Source of the DNA: Podarcis vaucheri
Lineage: Eukaryota
Assembly (NCBI GenBank): GCA_965113315.1
Contig: OZ220368.1
Direction: 5' to 3' (one strand)
DNA: 64,000 bases
Below the pieces are notes generated by a model. The model did no database searches and was not told where the DNA came from. It worked only from the letters and a program-made list of their open reading frames with translations. Below are positions 1-13,948 of the stretch, piece after piece. The position numbers were made by a program, and so were the translations under genes. Each line of letters starts with the position of its first letter. Position 1 is the first letter of the stretch.

Positions 1-55
1 CTCTGAAAAAAAAAATTTGAGTGGCAGATCCTGCTGCTAGCCAAGGCTAGGTCTT

Positions 56-307
56 AGAAGAAGAGAAGAGTTTGGATTTGATATCCTGCTTTATCACTAC
101 TGTAAGGAGTCTCAAAGTGGCCAACAATCTCCTTTCCCTTCCTCCCCTACAACAAACACTCTGTGAGGTGAGTGGGGCTGAGAGACTTCAAAGAAGTGTG
201 ACTAGCCCAAGGTCACCCAGCAGCTGCATGTGGAGGAGCGGAGATGCGAACCTGGTTCAACAGATTACGAGTCTACCACTCTTAACCACTACACCGCACT
301 GGCTCTC
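56..307 (-). mobile_element. Squam3-type tRNA-derived SINE, near full length
   Basis: Minus strand begins GAGAGCCAGTGCGGTGTAGTGGTTAAGAG (box A), has a B-box-like CAGGTTCGCAT, a CORE-like GGGTGACCTTGGGCTAGTCAC and a (CTT)n tail. Confidence 0.85.
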
Positions 308-459
308 TTAGTGCCAAGGTAAAACTTGCCTGTGTGACAAGTGTCATGTGTTTTAGATTGGCATCCTGTGGGCAGAGATAATGTCTTGATCTTATGGAAA
401 GCAACTCCCCTTGGATCCTTTGTAGCTCAAGAGCAGTTTTAAAATGTTCTGAGTAAAAT

Positions 460-803
460 AAATAAATAGCCATTCAGTGGGCCTTTTAATGACCGCTCCC
501 CGCATAAAACGGGGGGGCACCCTTTGCGTGGACGCGCGCAGCCCCTGGATCTGAGCGGCTCCATCAGCATAGGCTTGGCTTTGCCTTCCCTTAGGTGGGA
601 TACCTGGAGGTCTCCACCTACCTCAGTCAGATGTCCAATCCCACCTGGGGGAAGCGTTGCCAAGGAGACCAGTCCAGGTAGGGGAGGGATTACCTGCCCA
701 CACAATAGAGGGAGGATCTTACCTGGGAATCCTCACTTGGCTCCAGTGGCCTTCCACAGGCCTTCAGTGAGCCTTGTAATGTACTTTGAAACCTTCCAAC
801 AAC
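460..803 (-). mobile_element. Possible LTR/DIRS-type retroelement remnant
   Basis: GC- and CpG-richer block whose minus strand starts TGTTGTTGG. It shares a short ccatcagc..agctggc-like motif with the 20040-20840 block. No TSD found. Confidence 0.3.
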
Positions 804-2576
804 ATGTAACCTTCTTGGGGATGGTTTGATTGGGGAGGAAAAACATATTAAGTCCAGGTCTTGGGTCCTACAGTTGGCCCCTGACCTTTAATCCTGCATT
901 TTCGAAGTAGGCCCTGTTTTAAAAGGAAACCGAATAACTAATTTGTCTAAAACTCACATCCATTCTGTGTTTCTGTTTCACTCTTGACACTTCACTACAA
1001 AGACTACTGTAGAGACTACTGATGCCAAAGGATTTATTTTCCTTTTTAATGAAGAAATTCACTGTATCTGTCAACTTTAGTATATGCGTGACCAAATGGG
1101 TTGTATAACTTTTCAGAGATGAATGAAAACAATGGGTATAGTGCAAGATATGGTTAACTTGAATGGAATTAGAAGCTATTTTGTACAGGTATTCTGAATT
1201 CTATGCCAGGTTTTGGCTGGTAAGTGTTAGATCGCAACAATACCTTACATAGCCCCTCCCTCCATGCTATAAAATGCTGTGTGGTGGACTGCCCTTGGTA
1301 TAGGGACATCCTACGGAGCTATGAATACGCAGAAGTCCCCCCCCAATGTTGTCAGTGCGTGTTGTTTCCAGGAATCTAGCCTATTTGCTCCTTGCTCCTG
1401 AAATGAACACACACCCCTAAGATCATTCAATGCACAAACAGAACATCCTGGTGAGTGTTCAAAGAGCTACTAGAGGTATGTCCACGGGATTGGATGTGCC
1501 TAGTGCGGTTGTGGGTTTTTTGGCTTTTTCTTTGAAAGACAAATCCTCATGCCACCCCACAAACTGCTTTTGAAATTCTTCATTTCAAAGGCAGTTTGCC
1601 ATTAACTGAGGGAGACTCTTGTTAGAGAAACACAAGCTGAGACTCCCCTTAGGGTACGCTGAATTAGTCAAATGGCCGAAGTATGAAATTCATAGCAGTT
1701 TGCCATTGGCTTGCAAATTCCTCTATAATCAAACATGCACAATCTACCTCCTGAGCATTTTCTTTTCTGATAATTAGACAGCCTGGTTTTTTTGGTCTGT
1801 TCTAATATATTTCCAGGCAGCTTAAATTCCACATTTTAATATTAGAAATCCACTTTAATTATAAGTAATCCTTGGTGCCATGTGTCAGTCAGCTGTATTT
1901 GCATTTACACTCCTCTGTGAGGCTGCAATATAATTTTCTGTTTATTATCATGAGTGCGCTTCTGGTGTAAATCTACAATTTCATGTAGGTCGTTGCTGGC
2001 AGTCAGCCAAAGCTTTAATTTATCTTTGCCTTATCTTATTCCAGTACACCCAAAAAAGCCTGATGGTGCAAATAACAAACATTCCATCAGCTGTGCTGCT
2101 GTGGAGGACTCCACAAATATCACCAGTTTACTGCTACTGTCATTCTCTATATTGGCTTTCTGAGAAACAAAACTGATAAGACAGACTTCTCCCCTGGTGG
2201 GTGTTCCTGGGGAGTATTTGCCAGCCAAATCATTATTCCCTTGAGGTGCAGGCAAGTCTATCAAAGATGATTCAAAGACTATAGACTGCCTGATTCAGAG
2301 AATACAGAGCCCGGAAGGAACAAAATAGCTGGATTCTCTTGGGCTTTCTGTCTGTGCTGATTAATTGTTTTCCATTCGAGGCTATTATATTGGTAAAATA
2401 TTTGCATTATGTGTGATAGAATATCTGCTCCTAAGCAAATTCGCCCTGTGTTGCCACTTTTTGATTCTTCCTTGTCTTTGAAACATTGCTGTGTTTAGTA
2501 TTTTTTGCTTCCACTCCTTGCTCCATCTCTTGCTGTCACATGCGGTAATTGGGCTAATAAAAGGCAGAAACAAGAA

Positions 2577-2695
2577 TTTATTACACCTTGGGCAATACTT
2601 TTAAACAAACTTTTATTTGCTAGAGCAGCACTTTCCCCACTACGTGCTACTGTATATTTTGACACTTCTTTTTAAATACTAAATCTGGCTTTATT
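2577..2695 (-). terminator. Candidate distal polyadenylation signal cluster
   Basis: Three minus-strand AATAAA hexamers (2690-2695, 2612-2617, 2577-2582), followed by a U/GU-rich stretch (ttcttgtttctgcctttt). Confidence 0.4.
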
Positions 2696-2913
2696 AAAAC
2701 TTAAATCATGCAGCTGTGCTCTTTTATGCATTGGGTGGGGGTTGTCCATACATTTCCTTAGGCATACTAAGGTTTGGGATGCATATGAATATTCAGATGA
2801 TGGACTGTTCGAATCTACAGCTACTTCATTACTGTCAACCTTCTCCAGATGTTTTGCAGCAGAATAAATTTGAGTTAAGAAGATGAATTTTAGGCTTAGG
2901 TATTGGAAAAGAT

Positions 2914-3180
2914 CCCAGGTCCCAGCGCCTGCCCACCTAGCAGTTCGAAAGCACCCCCGGGGGCAAGTAGATAAATAGGTACCGCTTACCAGCGGGAAGG
3001 TAAACGGCGTTCCGTGTGCGGCTCTGGCTCGCCAGAGCAGCGTTGTCACGCTGGCCACGTGACCCGGAAGTGTCCCCGGACAGCGCTGGCCCCCGGCCAA
3101 TAAATGTGAGATGGGCGCACAAACCCCAGAGTCTGTCAAGACTGGCCCGTTCGGGCAGGGGTACCTTTACCTTTACCTTT
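2914..3180 (+). mobile_element. Sauria SINE (Squam1), 5'-truncated, young
   Basis: Near-identical to the 3' part of the copy at 52970-53333, with an (ACCTTT)3 tail. 13-bp TSD tattggaaaagat at 2901-2913 and 3180-3192. The tRNA head is missing. Confidence 0.92.
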
Positions 3181-4509
3181 ATTGGAAAAGATGACTGTGG
3201 GGCAAAGATGTCCTGTAAAGTTCTCAGTACGTGGTTCGTTACCACCACAAGGCGTTCAAACCATAGCATTCTTGGAAGAGCTGTGCTCAAATTGGTTTAT
3301 ATTTCCACTTTTGGTGGGCATGTCCAGCTGTGCATGAGTTTGGGGAATGCGATTCATTACTACCAAAATTTTCTCTACACTAGACCATAGGTGATTCATA
3401 AAGCTATGCTGCTTCATTGTTTTGAACCTGCAACTCTGGATACCTGATGCAACAGGAAAGCAATGTTTAGCATGTACCTGGAAGCCTGCCAGACAGCCTT
3501 CTAAACAGCAGTGGATTGATAATATTTGGGGGAGCATCATTACATGCAAACTTAGCAAGTGCTATTGTAAAAACCAGGGAATTCCACTTTACTTTCTAGC
3601 ATGCTGTTATAGCACCACAATTTCCATCTAGTGCCTATTTGTGAAAGCCTTTCAGACTTCTGAACACATTCCAATAAAATACAGACAATTATGGTTTTTA
3701 TTCACCTACGTATGTCCAAACACTCCCAATATTTCGATATTCAGTCTATTTTATTCTAATGATGTGTCACAAGCCCAGTTCTGCTGTTTTCCCCAAAACA
3801 TGGCAAAAATGTGAGTCCATCTGATCTTACTGCACAGAGAAAGTAGATCACGGAAGGGCTATCGTAGTGTAAATCATACTACCATAGCCTTGTGCTGTGC
3901 AGGCTTCTCCTGTTATGTTGAGGCATGTAGCAGTGTATCATTAAGAAGTGAGATCTTGCATCTCACGTATATGCATCCGTTGAGTTAACTATCTCTATAA
4001 AACATGCAAATCATTTTCCTGGTAGCACCTATTCAGAGTCTAACATTGGGGGGCAAACAGATCACCTAGCAAAGTACTCAGAATGCTTATGGGGCAGGGG
4101 GGTTGCAAGACATTTGTTGCTCCACAGTGCTGGCAATCATACCACACATCTATTAACCACAGATCTATTTTAGCTTAAGTGTATAGCAAAATGCCCCCAC
4201 CCCGCCCCAGTAATAATGCTTTCAGAATTTTTTATCACGGATATTAATGTGCACATATTTGACATATACTTGAAAATTCAGCACTGGCACTCAAAGGTTT
4301 TGCAACAATAGTCAATATATCTGATATCTGACAAGTGGCATTCAGCCCTAGTCAGTTGCTGACATGTATCCATCTGCGTTTAACAGTACTGGAGACCTGG
4401 CATGCAATACCAATCAGTGTTTGATAGTTTCTAACACATGGCAATAAACAGCAACAAGTGCTTCATTCCGTATCAACCAGTATATGCACTGAAGGTATCT
4501 ACAAAGGTT

Positions 4510-4770
4510 CTCCTGTGAGAGAGAAATATGGCCTTCTTGGTTGTGGCACCCTGCCTTTGGAAATTCCTTCCCAGGGGATTTCCCTAGTGCCTTCATCTTT
4601 GCAGTGATGAAACTTGCATTTTCTTGGCTTTTTCAAACTGTTAAAAATGCTGCTAGAAACTGCTAGTCTAGTACCATTTTGATTGTTTATGATAGTATTT
4701 TGTTCTTTTATCTTTTGTCAGTTATCCTGGGAACCTCTTTGTTGAAAGCATGCTATACAGTTAATTAATT
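4510..4770 (+). mobile_element. Degenerate L2-like LINE 3' fragment
   Basis: ggccttcttggttgtggcaccctgcctttggaaattccttccc motif (RAFSVxAPxLWNxLP-like) followed by an AT-rich tail. Confidence 0.5.
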
Positions 4771-5084
4771 AGATAAGTTGACTGTATCTGACATAGTAGC
4801 AATCAGTATTTGGCAGTTTTGCATAGATTACTTATACTTTAGTACTTTATATTACCTTCATTCATTTAACCAGTCCAAATATTTGAATGCTGAATTTTCA
4901 TGTCATATTTTGACTTGTAAGTTTCATATATTGGAGCTTGACTTAAAAAAAATCAACATCGAAATATGAATTGTGAACATTGATTTCATTTCAGCTGTAT
5001 AAAGTTATTTTGATACATGTATGTTATGTGTTGTACGTATTACTGTGAATAAATTAGTTAGCAGAAATTATAATTTTGACACTT

Positions 5085-5168
5085 GTAATCCTAGGCATCC
5101 TACTCAGAAGTAAGTCCCATTGAGGCCAATGGGGCTTGCTCCCAAGTAAGTTGGTATATGATTGTAGC
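5085..5168. repeat. About 85-bp imperfect palindromic MITE-like repeat (representative copy)
   Basis: Core gcaatcct..tactcagaagtaagtcccattga..caatggggcttactccca..aggattgc. Related copies at about 7996, 8464, 10811, 13403, 19066, 19855, 36565, 36890, 37020, 37215, 42860, 46668, 51914, 57628, 59025 and 60302. Confidence 0.75.
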
Positions 5169-5374
5169 TAAACTGAATTGATTTGAAGGAAATGAATTGA
5201 GCTTGTCTGCCAGCTGAAACATTACCTACCATGGCCTTGCCACTCATAATTGCTGTCTCCGAATCATTTGGGGAGTTTTCTTTCACATCCATCTCATTGT
5301 GTTTGCACAATTCTGCATTTGAATTTCTATTCCATCAAACTGGTAAAATGCAGTTAAGAAATTGCAATACTAAT

Positions 5375-6482
5375 CCCTGAAATTGTTTACGCAGGAATCT
5401 TTATTCTCTTAAATCTTCCAGTGTTAAAGCAACAGAAAACATTTAGAATGTCCTTTGGTGGAATCTTATTACACTTGCTATAATATGTAAACTGATATTC
5501 TTTGATGCCAGCACGTTGCCCATACAGAGAAATCTCTGCACAATTAAATGAAAAGCCAAAGGAAAAAAAAGAAAGAAAAAAATAGGATGAAAATAAAAAA
5601 TAACTTCCCCCCCTTAATCTGATTAGGATTAAAGTACATTAATAAATTGTCTGTTAACACAAATTGGCAATAATACAAAAAATCTACGTCTTACGTTAGT
5701 CAAGAAAAATAACTTCATTTGAATACAAAAGGATAAATACACTCTTTTTTTTTGTCCTATAGCCACTCTTGTACAGTAGGTCAGCACTGCATGAACTTGA
5801 TGCAGTGCTTCTAAAATATACAAGGGTATGACTGGCTTTAGATTTATTGAGGAGGGAGCTGGTACACATGTGCATTTACTAACATCAGACAAAGAAATCG
5901 TTCAACCAACAAGGGTTACAGAGCAACGTTCACTAAAGCACAGTTGGAAAGGGAATTTCAGGGGCTGAAGCAGGCCAATATGGCAGCTTTGAAACAGATT
6001 TCCTTATACCCACAATGCACTGACAGCAAAGAATTGCCTCTATTTGGTTGGTCCACACACTGGGAAGAGGTACAGTTGCGCACCAGATTGGAGGAGCAAG
6101 GTTTTGTAGTTTCTTTCTTTTTTTCTTTCTTTCTTTGTATTTCCGTCTGGGGGTGGTTACGAAAGCCTTTTCGATCCTGTGTAAGCTTTTGCAGCTGTGA
6201 CTTAGTAGTAATAGTATTGGCAGCTGCCGACTTAAGCTTGAGTCAGAAAATAACAGTCTTGACTCGCTGGGTTGTCCACAATGGATAGATATGGCTTAGT
6301 TCGTTTGGGCCTTTATAGAGTCTATATATGTGTGGAGATTTTAGTTTCCCCCCTTTTATGTTTTTGAAAGACTTATTAGCATCTGCTTGCTGCTGCTGCA
6401 ATTTCTTTTCCCCAGATTTCCTGTGGCGTGTTCTTTTTTTTGTTTTAAGCAGTCTGAAGTCGATCCTCCAAAGCTGGGTTGC
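5375..6482 (-). other. NTNG1: NTNG1 3' UTR (proximal form; 3' end approximate)
   Basis: Follows the stop codon. The block at about 5355-5790 resembles the human NTNG1 3' UTR as recalled, and an AATAAA lies at 5400-5405 on the minus strand. Confidence 0.7.
5400..5405 (-). terminator. Proximal polyadenylation signal AATAAA
   Basis: tttatt on plus, about 1.08 kb after the stop codon, inside the apparently conserved UTR block. Confidence 0.65.
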
Positions 6483-6718
6483 CTAGAATATGAGAAACCC
6501 ACTTAATCCTAATGGAGCAATCAGTGGTAATAGGAGTATAACACGTGGTAATGATATTGCCCCTTGCGCAGAGCTTTGACTGCAACCGTCTGGGTCCACT
6601 TCGCAACTCCGCTTCTCACACAACACACCAGTGTAGGCTGCGGGGCACTGGCAGCGGACGTTGTTGTGGCACGTTCCCCCATTCTGGCAAATCTGAAGTT
6701 CATTGTCACATACGTTTG
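6483..6718 (-). CDS. NTNG1: Netrin-G1 terminal coding exon: EGF-like domain plus GPI-anchor signal
   Basis: tactccttgcag|CAAACGTATGT..., encoding xNVCDNELQICQNGGTCHNNVRCQCPAAYTGVLCEK...SQSSAQG followed by a hydrophobic tail ending in TAG (6483-6485). NVCDNEL..CQNGGTCHNNVRC.CPAAYTG is characteristic of NTNG1. Confidence 0.97.
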
Positions 6719-8957
6719 CTGCAAGGAGTAGAAAGAGAAAAGCATAATCAGTATATGTGACTTGGTTATGACAAGCAGCTAGGAAAAATAAAAATAAAAG
6801 CATTGGTTGTTCAACCCGCCCACCCCTAAACTCCGATAATTTCAGTACTCGGTGCATTTACTTGTGAGTAGATTTGCTAAACCCATGGTAATTACTCACC
6901 AGCAAATGTACTGAAGAACTTGGCCTGAGTGTGGGCCTGCCTCTTTGGTCGTGAATCTCTGTGACTTCATCCCCTCACCTCCCTGAAAGGGTTAGCTTTA
7001 TATATGCAGCCTATAAGCAGTTAAGTGCTTGCCCCCCCCCCCCACAGCCAGCAGTTATGCACACTGAATGTGCTGGTTTTCCAGCTTGTGTATAAACCAA
7101 CCTGTGTTACAGCTCCCAGCTGAAGGCTTAAATTACCTTCCCATGTTCATGTTACCAGGGTTACCACAGACTCTGGTGTGCAGGATAGAACACACACAAG
7201 ACTATGGGGAACATAAGAAATCCAGACATGCTGTCCACCAGCCTATGGCAATCTGCTTAAGTGCAATGGTCAAAGAGGAAAACCTAGACCATTTTAGACT
7301 GTGGAATTTTGCACTTGTGTATTGTGTAGATTTATCCAAGCTATGCATTCAGAAAAAATTACAGTACTGTATAGACTTTCTGGGACTGTTCCACTACAGA
7401 CAGCAGGTGTAGGATCACATGTCTGAGCATTCCCTTCCAGAAAACTTAACATGTTAGAGAAAAGGTTACTAGTCCAACTCATTCCCTGATATGCCACTTT
7501 TCCACATGAAGGAAAACGCTATTGCCCCACCTACAGTGGTGGTACAGTCTTGGGAGATCTATGCTTCATGAATGTTCTGAATGTGACTTGAAAGCTATGT
7601 GAATATGCCCAAAGATCACACCACCAATTCAGCGCTAAAATTATACTGTGGCATAACCCTGATGAGATGCCCATGCAGAAGTCTTCCTGGGTGCATGTAA
7701 CCGACACTCAAAAGATATAAATAATTATGCGAATAATGGAAAACCAGGCATACAGTTCTATGTAACAGGTGGCTCTGTGTGTTTCCAAAATCTGTATATA
7801 CGTTGGTAATCATTGCTTTGAATCCAAACTATAGAGCTGAGATTCAAAGAACAGTGAGTGGAAGGAAAATAACACACAGCACTTTTATGCAAATACATGT
7901 GGCGCTATAAATTGGTAGGTTCTATAGCAGTTCCCCAGCTTGTGAAAGAGGTTGAATTTGATGCTGCACCAAAAGAATAACAATTCTGGTTTTACGCTGC
8001 AATCCTAACCTCATTTACCTGGAAGCAAGCCCCACTGCTTTCAACAGGACTGGCTTCTGAGTAGAAATGGTTAGGATTGTGCTCTTTGCTTCATCTTTCT
8101 CATACAAACCTTCTGTGTGCTATGTGAAATAGCCATTCTGTTAGTAGAAGCCTCCCTCTGTAGGTAGAAGGGCATTGTTGGATCCAACCCATTATGTTTA
8201 CCATGCTCACATTAGTTTTTTGTTGTGAGATGGCAAAATACACCAGTCCACTTTGAATTACTGGAGACAGTGAACCTGGCTCAAATAAACTCAATCACAG
8301 GCACATAACAGGATCTTTGAATATTTCTCTGCAGCAGTGCCTACTCCTTTAACTCAACTGATTTCTTCCCTTGACTTCTACGCAACTCTTTTGAGTGTCT
8401 ATATAAATTCCAAGTATTACTTGCATGTAAATGACTTTCTTGGATGGAAGCCAAAAGCTTTAAGCGGCAATCCTATGCACCCTAAATGGGAGTAAGCCCA
8501 GATTAACACAGTGGGAGTTACTTCTGAATACACATGCATAGGATTGTGCTATCAATATTAGCTTTCTCCAGGCTTTCGGAGTGAACACGCGTGCACTTAA
8601 AGAGGGCAGGCAGGGCAGGGGTGAGCATGCAAGTCCTGATCCCAACCTTCCCATGTGGACCAGCTGCATTTCAGACCTCATTGTGTGGAGAGGAGGGGCC
8701 TGAAGGGGGATGCTAAGCATGCTCAGAACTTCCAAATGCAGGAAGTTCTGAAGTGAAGGCAGCATGTCCAGAAGCACTGCCACCTCTCTCCACTTCTACC
8801 CACACAAGCATTTGGGTGAATGCTTAACCAGGGCTCAAGTGCCCAGTTACACAGACACAAATACAATGGGGATTTTTTTGGATCAATGCCTACTTAATTT
8901 GTTGTCAGATTGCAGGCTCACAGTTATTCAGTATCCAAGTAATTTTATACCTTTGGA

Positions 8958-9104
8958 CAGGGCCAGCCCAAGACATTTTGGCCCCTGAGGCGAAACACAA
9001 AATGGCACCACCCCAGGGAAGAAGGGGTGAGTGAACATTGGTATCAGGATCTGTTGTCCCTGTGGATCCTGCTGCCTGAGGCAATTGCCTTAGGGCCAGC
9101 CCTG
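8958..9104. mobile_element. hAT-type MITE
   Basis: TIRs CAGGGCCAGCCC / CAGGGCTGGCCC (10/12 match) and a perfect 8-bp TSD cctttgga (8950-8957, 9105-9112). Confidence 0.85.
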
Positions 9105-9715
9105 CCTTTGGAGTGCCTTAAGGTGCAGTTTTCCTGACAGACAGGGCATAGCAAAGGGAAGCATTACTGTCTGAACAAAGTCTCTATATGTTGTCATTAT
9201 TATTATTGAACTGGAATTATTAATAGTCATGTTTATATACAATGATGATATTTGCAGCAAACAGGACAAAACTTGTGCATTAACAAAAAGGCAACACTTA
9301 GTTGCCCAAAGCAAAATACCAATATGAGACATGATGCCATTACACTGAGCAAACGTATCTGTGGAAGGTAAGCTGAAAGCACGAGGAGGAAATAGCAGAG
9401 CAATGGGAGCATGCTTCTGGGGAATCTCATAAGCAAGTGAATACAGAAAGAAATAGGACAAATGTCTCCCTTTTTAAAACAACAACAACACCAAAGTGAC
9501 TACTAGCCACAGACAATTAACCGAGAAGTACATATGTCACATTTTAAAACATTTCTTCCTATCCATACATTCTCTTCCTTCCACCCACCCACCCAGCATG
9601 CATCCTCTGTCCAATCTCTTGCTAATCCTTCTTCTTTTATGATAGAGATATTCTAAAAGGAGTTTAAACACTCAAAGTACCAATCAAATAAATCCCTCAT
9701 AGCCTTCTTTATCAG

Positions 9716-9900
9716 GGGAAGGCAGCAGCTCAGTAATTCAATGCATGTTGTTTAGGCAGAAGTTCTCAGGTTCAATCCAAGACTCCATTTCTAGTTAGAA
9801 CAATCTCAGGGAGCAGACCTGAGTAGGACCTAGGAGAGCTGCTGCCAGCACTGGGCAGGATGGACCAAACCCTGACAGAAAAATAAGGAAGTTTCATGTG
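9716..9900 (+). mobile_element. Squam2-like tRNA-derived SINE, diverged
   Basis: agctcagt...ggttcaatcc A/B boxes; body resembles the copy at 40595. Confidence 0.6.
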
Positions 9901-12900
9901 TTTGCTCTATTCAAATCAACAGCGGTTGCAGCAACAAGTAGTTCTTGGTGGAATTGCTTCCCTTACAGTTGCTTATAAAGCATGCCCTTTGTTCCCGATG
10001 CACAGTTGACTTCTAATTCTGTTCATGCAAATGCGTTGAATAATAATGCTCTTTCACTTCCTCTCCAGCATACCGTGCCATAATTAACAGGAGGGCAACC
10101 AACAGGCAGCATCTAAACATGTTCTTCCTTCGTCACCTTCCTGTGTGATTCCTTTTACAGTGCTAATGTATTTTTTATGACCCATTGACACAACACTGAA
10201 ATGCATCCACAGTTTCTGATCTGTAAATGTCACAACTGCATATTAAGCCATTATAAATGCTGCTTGCTCAGGGAATTGTGATGATGATGACCATATGTCT
10301 GCATTTTAGTCTTCTTTAATATAGCACACTAGACGAGCCTAATTGGGCATATTTATATTGCAGATATAAACCAAGAGAAATAATAAACCATAAAGCAAGT
10401 CTGATGAGATTTCAAGTCTGGGAAAAGATTGCAAGCAGCAACAGAAGAAATAAATGCAGAATAAGGAACTAGACTTTTTCTTAGATACTCATAGCAAGAT
10501 TATATTTTGTGAATTTCCACATTTGTTTGGAAATCTTTAGACTGGTTCACTCAAATATGTATATAATCCTTTGATTAGCATCTAAATTAATAAATTGACT
10601 CCAGTGAATACCATAGCATATGTTGAGTTCTATTTCTGTTTGTGGTGCTGGATGTAAAGTGATGCATTTCCAACAGCACTGAAAAGCAATGCCTCTGAGG
10701 AGAGAATGAAGATTTGTGTTGTTGATAAATGATTTGTCTGCACATGACTGCTTTGCACTGCAGTCACATGATCAGCGATTATTATTCCTTACAGTCTATA
10801 TCCTCAGCAAGGCTGTAATCCTATGAACACTTACCATAAGAGGTATAGTTCCACTGACCCAATGAGACTATTTTGGAGTAGACATTTATAGGACTTAAGT
10901 GTGTGTAAGGTTGCAGACTATGCTGCTTATATCTAATATTCACATATGATCTTTCAGTTCATTTGGCTTGAAATAAATAAAACTTTTGTAGAAAAATCCA
11001 GCTGCAAAGTCCCTTAAAAGATTCGGCATATTTGAAAAGGGCAGCTGTGGTTTGGTGTTTCTTTGTTTCTTTCTAAACTGGGCAATGTCAGGCATGGAGT
11101 ATCAATGCAATAGCATGGATATTGATCATTACTAGCCTTAAATAATTAAATGGCAAACTAATAGTTAAGTAAATGCCCCTCTTAAACACCAGATGAGCTC
11201 TTAATATCTAGACGTTGAATGCTAATTGAGACATTTCCTTAAGTGTGCCTATCTCATAACTAATAATTATTGTTTGGGTTTATTTTTATTTGCAAAACAT
11301 TTGAGTGTTTAAGAGTGAATGATCCCTGTCTACGCCTATGGTTTCCATCCCACAGTAACTGCAGCATTTTATAAAGTCTATGATGAAATTACTGGCAGCT
11401 CCATTTTAATCATTTGCGCTGATACTTCTGCTTTTTCAACTGCGGTGTAGTGATATGTTTTGTGATGCTCTAACTCTTGGTATGCCCTGTCCTAAACACT
11501 TAGAGGGCTATATAGAAAGGATACTAGTAGCTTGACCCATGGTATGACATGCAAGCTAAAAAAGTGAAGGCAAATCCTTATGTAAAACACCTTGAAGGGG
11601 GTGTTTTATGCATTGGTTTGTATGCATTGTGTGTGTGTGTAGTTTCATGCACTCATTATCTTATTGCTTGGCTGCAATAAGATACCTTTACCTACCTTTG
11701 CTTGGCTGCAAATGACAATGTTTGTTAAGCAAATCATATCCAGCTCATCTCTATTCTTTATCTTTGATGTTTGAGTGAAGCTGGCGAGTCACCTATACCC
11801 TTCAACCTTTGGCTAGCCACAAATTTATTTCTTCCTTGATGACTGTTCTGCCACACAAATTGCTTTCACTCACACCATCAGACAGAAGCAGTATTTAAAT
11901 AAATGGACATTGGGTAGGACCCATAGTAGCTAGCTTCCAACTATGACCGGTTCATGGCAGATTAGCAAACACAACAACTTCAGAGGCATAATCACAACAC
12001 TGTAGCACAAGTTCACGTGTTAGAAAATGGCAGTATAGATTCACAAGAAGCCATTTGTTTTCTAATCCCAGTGTCATTAATAACTGCAAATCTAGCAAAA
12101 AAAGGGGAAGAGAACAGCGTTCTGGGGCATGTGAATCTTTTTCACTAACAGGGAGGTGATGGAACTGAGATGTATAGTACACCACTGGAGAACCCAGAGT
12201 GTCTGGGGATGCCACAGCTTCATATGGGGCCCAGATAGGTCAGAAGTAGCTTTCATGTTTTTTAGGTACCTAAAACAGGATTCAAGAACAAAGGTCTCAC
12301 CATCACATGACAAAAGCTGATTACTGTTAATAACGTATTGAATAAATATAAAATACTGAATACCAGTAATAGAGAGTGGTGCAAGCCATCACCTGTATGA
12401 ACTCCAATAAGGGGAAGATGCAAAGAAGCACACTGTGCTGGTGTACTTTCACAGTTGCATAGAAAGGTGGCAGTTTGTCATCTACAAGTGAGACAAGCAT
12501 CACCTGATGAAATCCCTGCTCCCACACAGCTATTAAATGCACAGAAACCTTGCTCTCATTAGCACTTAATAGCTGGGACTGATGGATTTCCACATTTTGG
12601 CAATGGGAGATCTGGGATGCAATTGCTAGTGGCCTCCTGGGAAAAGCAGCCATTTCTTCCACTTGGTGGCTGATTAATGCTGAAGCAGCTGAGAAAAGGT
12701 GGCATTTGAGACTGACCCAAAGTGTTAAGACTGAAGGGAAAGGAGCCACTCAAGGCAGACACCCTATAATCATTATAGCATAATGGATGACCCTATTAAA
12801 GACTACAAGAGTCAGTATACTATATTTAGGTGCTGCTGATTGCAGGCTTTTCATGTTTCTTAACATTTCATCTAAGGTTTTCCCAGCCCAGATTTTGAAT

Positions 12901-13892
12901 GAAGTCACGATTCCAACAATATGGACTGGAAAATGAATGTAACAGCTTTTGATCTCTGGCACAGCAGTAGATCTTCTAAAAAGTGACACTCATTCAGTGG
13001 ATTAGTATATATATACTAACATTATATCATTTTTCCTATTTTTACAATGTGAAATCATGTGAAAGAAAGCTATATGCTGCTATGAAAAACAACCACTTAC
13101 TCCAACGCTATGCAAAGAATAAATAATTATAACATGAAGACTAGGTTGAAAAAGAAATATCCCCCCCCCATGAGACAAAAAAGTGAAAGTAATGGTCTTT
13201 GAGAAGGTGAAGTAATTAACTGCATATCAAGGGGGGGTGTGGGTGCTTAAGAAAAATCAAGATCAGCCACAGAGCATCTTCGACTATTGCATCTGAAAGG
13301 GATTTGGTAGCCACCCACTTAATTTGAAATGAAGTTAGATTTAAAATAATAAAAACAAGTTAACAACATTGCCCAAAGGCAACTCATTGCTGAATAATAA
13401 CTCGATCCTACATGTGTTTACTCAAAAGTAAATCCCAATGCATTCAGTGGTCTTATCCCCAAGTAAATATTCATAGGACTGTAGCCTGGGGCTATGCACA
13501 CTTAATTTGGAATAAGTCCCAGTGAATTAAATCAGATTATTTTCAAAGCATCACACTTAATGACCCTCTGTAAATATTTATTTGAACTTATACTAGATCT
13601 CTGGAGAATGAGTTTTTTTTTAAAAAACCCAAAAATCTTACAGTTGTTGGCATAGCAAGTTGTTTTAAGCCAGTTTCTGATCAGGATCCATCGGCTTCTG
13701 AAGAGTAAGGCAGTGGTGCCATGTTTGATGATGATGAAGACCCAATTTTGGGCTAAACTATGGAATAGGATCAGGACTGCAGTAATTTATATAGACTCTG
13801 CTCCATGAAAATATGGGAAGCAGAAACTTATGTTTGGATTTTCTCATTCAGAATGTTTGCATATGGGCAATGTAACACTTCCTAATATGTTG

Positions 13893-13948
13893 AAGGAAGG
13901 AAGGAAGGAAGGAAGGAAGGAAGGAAGGAAGGAAGGAAGGAAGGAAGG
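13893..13948. repeat. (GGAA)n microsatellite
   Basis: About 14 perfect units. Confidence 0.95.
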
